Source of the DNA: a phage
Reading direction: 5' to 3' (one strand)
DNA length: 64,000 nucleotides
Assembly: GCA_024682255.1 (NCBI GenBank)
Contig: GCA_024682255.1_4716.1
Shown: piece after piece, positions 58,381 through 64,000 of the stretch
Numbering within the stretch: the stretch's first letter is position 1
Layout of the letters: each line of letters starts with the position of its first letter
The notes under the pieces: model-generated
Seen by the model: only the letters and a program-made list of their open reading frames with translations
Database searches by the model: none
Told to the model about the DNA's origin: nothing
Position numbers and translations under genes: made by a program

Positions 58381-58938
58381 TCACTCCATCCATACTTCTT
58401 CGTCGTAATGATTCTCTATCGCATTACGCCAAAAACGCACGGTGTCCAAACTAATCGGTGCGTAAAAGTGTTGGTCAACGCCTACGTTAAGTCCGTTGGC
58501 CTTCGCTAACATACAGCGATGAATATGCCCGAATAGATTAAAGTAGCCTGGATTTCTTTCGCTGGGCTTATGACAGAGCCAGTAGGATTCGTCATTGCTA
58601 ATCGGCAATACCAACGGATGTTCATAAACCGCAGCAAACCCCATACCGAGCAATTTATCACGCCACGCTTCAAAGCTTAATCCTGTCGCTTTGTATGCGT
58701 CTTCGTCCCAATTCCCCAATACCAATTGAACCTGGATATCAGAACGAATGGCTTCCACGAACTCGAACTTACCCCAATCACCTAAATGCCACAACACGCT
58801 GTTCTTTGGAAGGGTGTTGATGGCTTTCAGCATATGCTGATTCATATCGGCGACGCTTGCGAACGGACGGCGTGAATACGTCCATGTACGCTCGCTATCA
58901 AAATGGGTATCCGATATAAAGAAGATGGGTGGGGTCAT
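58381..58938 (-). CDS. Calcineurin-like metallophosphoesterase (Ser/Thr phosphatase-like)
   Basis: Motifs ISDTHFD, HLGDWG, GNWDED, GHIH consistent with PPP-family metal-binding signature. Confidence 0.7.
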   Translation of the reverse strand: MTPPIFFISDTHFDSERTWTYSRRPFASVADMNQHMLKAINTLPKNSVLWHLGDWGKFEFVEAIRSDIQVQLVLGNWDEDAYKATGLSFEAWRDKLLGMGFAAVYEHPLVLPISNDESYWLCHKPSERNPGYFNLFGHIHRCMLAKANGLNVGVDQHFYAPISLDTVRFWRNAIENHYDEEVWME

Positions 58939-59417
58939 TGATTTAATTGCTCCAGAAATGCACGACCCGATTTACTTGCTTTTAAATGCTGTTCTGCGGA
59001 AGTAAGCAGAAGATCGGTTGGCGTGTATGCAGCGCTACCTTTCCACGCTGTTTTCAGTTTACCCTTTTCGATACTGAACTGAATCAGTTGTTGGGTACCG
59101 AAGTTAAGCGTGTTCGTCGCAGCGCTAAATACACCACCCATCATGCTGTAACCAAAGACTTTCACATTTTCCGTGTAGAAGTCGTTATCGATCAATTTGT
59201 TCTGGAGCTCTAGTTGGTCGGACGGCAGCAATCCCCCATCAAAGATGCTTAAAATACCAGCCAGGCGATACATACTTACCTTTCCTGAAACACCCACCAC
59301 GTAATTGCCGTACAGGGTTTCTTCCAGTTTAGCAACAACGGTGCGATCGTCGGAGGTTTTCATCGAAACCTCAATACCATCACCAACTTCTGTTAACGTT
59401 AAATCAACGATACTCAT
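58935..59417 (-). CDS. Hypothetical protein (160 aa)
   Basis: ORF; 4-nt overlap with phosphatase gene. Confidence 0.6.
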   Translation of the reverse strand: MSIVDLTLTEVGDGIEVSMKTSDDRTVVAKLEETLYGNYVVGVSGKVSMYRLAGILSIFDGGLLPSDQLELQNKLIDNDFYTENVKVFGYSMMGGVFSAATNTLNFGTQQLIQFSIEKGKLKTAWKGSAAYTPTDLLLTSAEQHLKASKSGRAFLEQLNQ

Positions 59418-59440
59418 TTATTATTCTCCTCATTCATGTT

Positions 59441-60127
59441 TCAACACATGATTTCACCATGTTTCTTTTCAACATACGTATAAACATCATCCAAATAAGC
59501 AATGAGTTTATCACGATCCACACAGAGCGATTTAATCACCGCAATCTCTTTCATATAAAGCTGCTGACCTAACGCCGGATAGGTAATCCAAGCGTAGCCG
59601 TCAGGCGCAAATTTAGAGATAAGATAATCGGCGGTTTCCTGTAATGCGAACTCTTTGCTCATCTGGCCGTAACGGTGTTCGATTGCACGGATACCAAAAC
59701 GTTCGCTATCGAGACGACCCATATCCGCCAGACGAAGCACCTGAGAAGCAACAGAACTACGTGGACCAGAGTACGAGGCACGATGTTCAGCAATAAGTAC
59801 GTGTATCTCCTCGATGTCTTCCGGTGTGAAAATATGCTGCTCGTTACGAAGCAGAATAACCGATGCACGAATACCCCCGATAAGGTGGTGGTATGTTCTG
59901 TTTTCGTGGCAAGCGATATCATGCATAAAAGCAGCGGTTAATAAACGACGACGTTCCGTGGGTCTGATGATGCCAACCACATCGGCCAGTTCATTTGCCA
60001 GTTCAACAACGGCAAGCACATGTTCTTCTTGATGTGCAAGATCGTTCTTCCGAATATTTTCAATTACTTCAGCGCGAGTTTCCTGAGATAAGAAATTTAA
60101 ACAATCCAACGAATATAAAGATTTCAT
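59441..60127 (-). CDS. HD-domain phosphohydrolase (possible 5'-deoxynucleotidase)
   Basis: His...HD...D signature: EEHVLAV and AAFMHDIAC. Confidence 0.7.
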   Translation of the reverse strand: MKSLYSLDCLNFLSQETRAEVIENIRKNDLAHQEEHVLAVVELANELADVVGIIRPTERRRLLTAAFMHDIACHENRTYHHLIGGIRASVILLRNEQHIFTPEDIEEIHVLIAEHRASYSGPRSSVASQVLRLADMGRLDSERFGIRAIEHRYGQMSKEFALQETADYLISKFAPDGYAWITYPALGQQLYMKEIAVIKSLCVDRDKLIAYLDDVYTYVEKKHGEIMC

Positions 60128-60176
60128 CGCACGTACCTCTTTGAATCGGTAGATAGATTAATAGATATTGATTACT

Positions 60177-60200
60177 CACGTAAGTAATATAGCCGTGAAA
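60177..60200. promoter_or_regulatory. Conserved 24-nt intergenic motif CACGTAAGTAATATAGCCGTGAAA (copy 2)
   Basis: 23/24 identity with 32157-32180; in divergent intergenic region. Confidence 0.4.
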
Positions 60201-60279
60201 GGATTTGTGTTGGTCCGCCTCGATGCCCATCGTATTTTATGGATTGTCGAATGACGTCATTTTAAGGGACATCCCCGGC

Positions 60280-60315
60280 CTCCTCCCCAGGAAAGGTGTG
60301 GGGAGGAGTTTTTAT
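60280..60315 (+). terminator. Strong plus-strand rho-independent terminator-like hairpin immediately upstream of helicase start
   Basis: CTCCTCCCCA-GGAAAGGTG-TGGGGAGGAG followed by TTTTTAT. Confidence 0.6.
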
Positions 60316-60343
60316 CATACATTCTATTAAATCGAGCGCGATT

Positions 60344-62425
60344 ATGTTGGATAGAATCAATCGTTTAATGAACCGAATAACGGTTAAAAATCAGAGTAAC
60401 AATACCGTGCATATCGGGGGTATCGATGCCTGGCGTCTTTCAGATGACATTCAGCGAATATGGGGTACCTCCCGATTTATGAAACATATGTTTCGTAATT
60501 TCTCTTCTAGTGGACTCAGTCTCCACAACTTTTACCTTCCCGATTTCGTTTATATTCTCGAAACGATCATCGAGGCAAAGAATACTCGCAGTAATAAACG
60601 CATGCTGAAACACCTTATTGAGGTACTGCTGCAGGAAACCTGGTTGCAAAATACCACAATCGAGCAACCTGCAATCCTCGATAAAGCACGCATGAACAAA
60701 ATGCTAACGCTCTCCCTGTTCGATTATCAAGATGAGTTTATCGACATCTATAACCGTAACGTACCTAAATATCGACTGAAAGGATACGTGTGCGCGATGG
60801 GTGCGGGTGCGGGTAAAACAATCACCGCATTGGCTTTAAGCGCCGCAATGAACGTCGACGTATTTGTGGTCTGCTGTCCTAAGAACACCATGCGTTCAGC
60901 ATGGCAATCCGATGTAAACAAAGCCATCGTTGACCCCGCAACAGAAACCGCGTTCTGGTCAGATACAATGCCCCCATCACAGCTGCAGAAAAGCGATAAG
61001 TATTATTTTCTGCATTACGAGTCGATGGGTTTATTAAACGAAGTAATGATCAAGCATAAACGCACAGCGAAGCGCGTGTTGATCGTGGTTGATGAAAGCC
61101 ATAACTTCAACGACAAGAACAGCCAACGTTCCCAACGGCTGGTCGATCTCGTACAGACGATGCGTCAGACCATGAATGCGGATGTGCATGTCTTGTTTAT
61201 GTCGGGTACACCTGTTAAACAAATGGGTTCTGAGATGATCCCCTGTTTAGGTTGTATCGACCCGATGTTCCAAGGACAAGTGGTCGATAGCTTCAAAGCA
61301 ATTTACGGTTTAACCAGCAGTCGTGCTAACGATATCCTCAGACATCGTCTTGGGTTCATGATGCATGTCGTACCTAAAGAGGCTTACCGTAAAACCCGGC
61401 CGGAAGTTCAGGATGTTTACGTGAAGCTCCCTAACGGTAGCGATTATACCATCTCAAGTATCCGCGACGACATGGCGATATTTGTACGCGATCGGGCGAA
61501 GTATTACAAGGATAACTGGGGGCATTACCGAAAGATTTTTGATGATGCCTTGGACTACTATCGTAAGACTATTCGTACCGATGGTGAACGTAAAGAGCTA
61601 TCTCGATACGAATCGATTGTTGCTCGTTTCCAGAAAGGTTACGATCCCGTCAGAGACAAAGAAGATGCGATGTTCTGCAACACGTTTGAAAAACGAGCGA
61701 TCATGCCGGTTCTTCCTTCTGATTTAAGGATTGCTTTCAAAGACGCCAAGAGCGTCATCAAGTACGTTGGGTTGAAAATTCAGGGTGAAGCGTTGGCACG
61801 TGTTCTAGGTGCAGCCCGCATTCGGTGTCATGTCGACATGGTGGAGTACATCGACTTCGAAGGGTACATCAACAACGCTGAAGCCAAGGTGTTGATCTTC
61901 ACGTCGTATGTTCAGGTGGTTGAGCGCGTCGACAACCTGCTTCGTGATGCGGGTTTCTTACCGGAACCCATTTACGGGAAGACCAACAAGAACATCAACC
62001 AGATACTCGCTCGTCTACGGGACGATCCTGACAGCGGTCCCGCTATTGCAACATTTGATAGCTTAGCTGAAGGGGTTCCGATGCTGATGTGTAATGTGGG
62101 TCTTTTCCTGAACAATCCATGGCGTTCATCCGATGAAATCCAAGCCATCAGCCGTCTCGATCGTGTAGGACAAACGCAGCCTGTTCGGATTTATCGTTTC
62201 ATGTTAGATACGGGAAGCGAGGGTAACGTTTCTACACGTAGCCACGAAATCATGGAGTTAAGTCGACAGCTTGTTGAAGAGATCACGGGTGTCAAATATG
62301 TAGTGAACAAGCAAGACGATGTTAACTTGCAAGAAACGTTGGCGATGGAAGGATACGATCAATACGTTACCGTAAACACCACGGAATACGATATTAAACC
62401 GCGACCTGCGTTCTTGGAATGGTGA
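60344..62425 (+). CDS. SNF2-like superfamily 2 helicase/ATPase
   Basis: Walker A GAGAGKT, DExH box VVDESHN, motif III SGTP, motif VI QAISRLDRVGQ; start taken at ATG 60344 (ORF track start lies inside the hairpin). Confidence 0.8.
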   Translation: MLDRINRLMNRITVKNQSNNTVHIGGIDAWRLSDDIQRIWGTSRFMKHMFRNFSSSGLSLHNFYLPDFVYILETIIEAKNTRSNKRMLKHLIEVLLQETWLQNTTIEQPAILDKARMNKMLTLSLFDYQDEFIDIYNRNVPKYRLKGYVCAMGAGAGKTITALALSAAMNVDVFVVCCPKNTMRSAWQSDVNKAIVDPATETAFWSDTMPPSQLQKSDKYYFLHYESMGLLNEVMIKHKRTAKRVLIVVDESHNFNDKNSQRSQRLVDLVQTMRQTMNADVHVLFMSGTPVKQMGSEMIPCLGCIDPMFQGQVVDSFKAIYGLTSSRANDILRHRLGFMMHVVPKEAYRKTRPEVQDVYVKLPNGSDYTISSIRDDMAIFVRDRAKYYKDNWGHYRKIFDDALDYYRKTIRTDGERKELSRYESIVARFQKGYDPVRDKEDAMFCNTFEKRAIMPVLPSDLRIAFKDAKSVIKYVGLKIQGEALARVLGAARIRCHVDMVEYIDFEGYINNAEAKVLIFTSYVQVVERVDNLLRDAGFLPEPIYGKTNKNINQILARLRDDPDSGPAIATFDSLAEGVPMLMCNVGLFLNNPWRSSDEIQAISRLDRVGQTQPVRIYRFMLDTGSEGNVSTRSHEIMELSRQLVEEITGVKYVVNKQDDVNLQETLAMEGYDQYVTVNTTEYDIKPRPAFLEW

Positions 62426-62430
62426 TTAAG

Positions 62431-62458
62431 AAGCTCTGCCTGACATCATGCAGAGCTT
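62431..62458 (+). terminator. Terminator-like hairpin after helicase gene
   Basis: AAGCTCTGC-CTGACATCAT-GCAGAGCTT followed by TAT. Confidence 0.5.
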
Positions 62459-62526
62459 TATACTTGCATTTGTTACAACAATCGTATGACGTATATGCGT
62501 TGTACTTATTTAATAGGACAGAATAA

Positions 62527-64000
62527 ATGAAACTCAAACAAAGCTGGAAAGACGAACTTCTCGCGTTAGTAAATAGAAAAAACGGTTTACAGCTGACACT
62601 AGACGACGTAAAATTTGAGTTAACTGAACCGGTAAGCGAAGTGCCCGGAACGGTTGTTGTTACGATCAAACCGAACGATAATAGCCGTTACTTTCATGAG
62701 CAGTCTCTGACCTACATCCGTCGAGACATCGCTAAAAACTTCACCGGGATCCCGTTACGGGTTATCGTTAAAAATGATACCGCCGTAAGGGATATCATCA
62801 ACACGATCGCTGAACGTTACGGATTGGTATTTGACACAACCGTCGACTTCCTCGAATCCGAACTGAATAAACAAATTACGTTCGAAGACACCGGTATTAA
62901 AGACATTACGGTTCCGGTTGCAAACACGTCCTATGTTTGGGCTGGTAATCTTCAGTTCAATATCGCTAACGATACGTTGAGCTTGATTACAATCATCAAG
63001 CAAACCAATCTTACGAATCTGGTTTATCTGGATGGTGTTGAAGCTGACACATCGGGTTCGTTACTATTAGCGACGACCTCGATTATTGACGAAAACGGAC
63101 ATACCGTAGCGCCTGAAGGTGTTATACCCGTCGAGTACTTCCTGAATATCCTGAACGTCATGGTTCGTTATGGTGATATTACCAGCGAACAAATGCGACA
63201 AGCATTACAGACAATTGAGCAAAGCGAAGTTGTTGATGGCTCATACGACGCATGTAGAGTAGTGACGAGGTCATACGGTGACGTCGAATTACTGGTAACC
63301 GCCAAGGAAGATTGGGTTATCGGTAACCTTAAGGGTGTTATGGCTGTTGCTCGCGTTCCACCTAAACCAATCCAATACATTTTTAAAACAAAAGGCGGCA
63401 GCGTTACAATGATGTTAGCAGCTTGGAGAAATGTTTCCATCGATTGGGGTGATGGGACTAAGACGACGGAGGACGCCAGCGATTATCAATATAAGCACGA
63501 TTATGCGGACGGTGACACTACAGAACGTACGATCGTCGCTACGGGTACTCCCTTCTATGACGACCCTGCATACGCACTATCAGCCATCATGGGTAGGAAC
63601 ATCACTGAAATCGTTGACTGGAACAACGGAACACCTATGGCCCCATCATTCTATGGGGCGAACAGTTTAATTAAGGTTCCCGATTATATCCCGTCATATT
63701 GGACATCGTTAAATGCTTTGTTTGCGCAATGCGACCATATTAACGACGTGAACATCACCAAATGGAACACCAGCAACATTACTGAAATGTATAACCTCTT
63801 CTTAGATTGCGCTGCGTTCAATCAGCCGATCGGTTCGTGGGATGTTTCGTCCGTTAAGGATGTAGGCAACATGTTTTCTGGGTGCGTGTCGTTCAATCAG
63901 GATCTGAGTGGTTGGACATTCCCGTCAGGCATTCCACACACCGACTACGACGCCAACACCCCCGCATGGCAGTCTGATTACAAACCACACTTCACCGAGT
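62527..64000 (+). CDS. Receptor-binding-like protein (partial, 3' end beyond window) with shared N-terminal anchor module and DUF285/BspA-type repeats
   Basis: ATG 62527, open to window end (not in ORF track); N-terminus WKDELLALVNRKNG, RRDIAKNFTGIPLRVI, AERYGLVFD; C-terminal repeats NITKWNTSNITEMYNLF..CAAFNQPIGSWDVSSVKDVGNMFSGCVSFNQDLSGW. Confidence 0.7.
   Translation, partial: MKLKQSWKDELLALVNRKNGLQLTLDDVKFELTEPVSEVPGTVVVTIKPNDNSRYFHEQSLTYIRRDIAKNFTGIPLRVIVKNDTAVRDIINTIAERYGLVFDTTVDFLESELNKQITFEDTGIKDITVPVANTSYVWAGNLQFNIANDTLSLITIIKQTNLTNLVYLDGVEADTSGSLLLATTSIIDENGHTVAPEGVIPVEYFLNILNVMVRYGDITSEQMRQALQTIEQSEVVDGSYDACRVVTRSYGDVELLVTAKEDWVIGNLKGVMAVARVPPKPIQYIFKTKGGSVTMMLAAWRNVSIDWGDGTKTTEDASDYQYKHDYADGDTTERTIVATGTPFYDDPAYALSAIMGRNITEIVDWNNGTPMAPSFYGANSLIKVPDYIPSYWTSLNALFAQCDHINDVNITKWNTSNITEMYNLFLDCAAFNQPIGSWDVSSVKDVGNMFSGCVSFNQDLSGWTFPSGIPHTDYDANTPAWQSDYKPHFTE

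Overview
This 64-kb window appears to be a densely coding segment of a large tailed-phage (Caudoviricetes) genome, probably a virulent phage of a Gram-negative enterobacterial host. Almost all genes are on the minus strand in translationally coupled operons (many 1-8 nt start/stop overlaps) separated by GC-rich terminator hairpins. Calls supported by motifs read directly from the translations: NAD-dependent DNA ligase, thymidylate synthase with two insertions, SNF2-like helicase, HD phosphohydrolase, metallophosphatase, GNAT acetyltransferase, SAM-dependent methyltransferase, macro domain protein, DEDDh exonuclease fusion, SleB-like secreted endolysin with holin-like proteins, and a host-recognition module (P2 gpH/lambda Stf-like tail fibre with 120-bp tandem repeats, tail fibre assembly chaperone, lipoprotein, several large receptor-binding-like proteins sharing an N-terminal module). 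The window opens inside a group I intron core. Most notable unexplained items: a tandem array of six Myb/SANT-like HTH paralogs co-operonic with ligase and GNAT, a nine-gene island of small proteins, a candidate -1 frameshift site, and families of conserved intergenic hairpins and motifs. No homology search was possible; all assignments rest on motif recognition and gene context, and most ORFs remain hypothetical.
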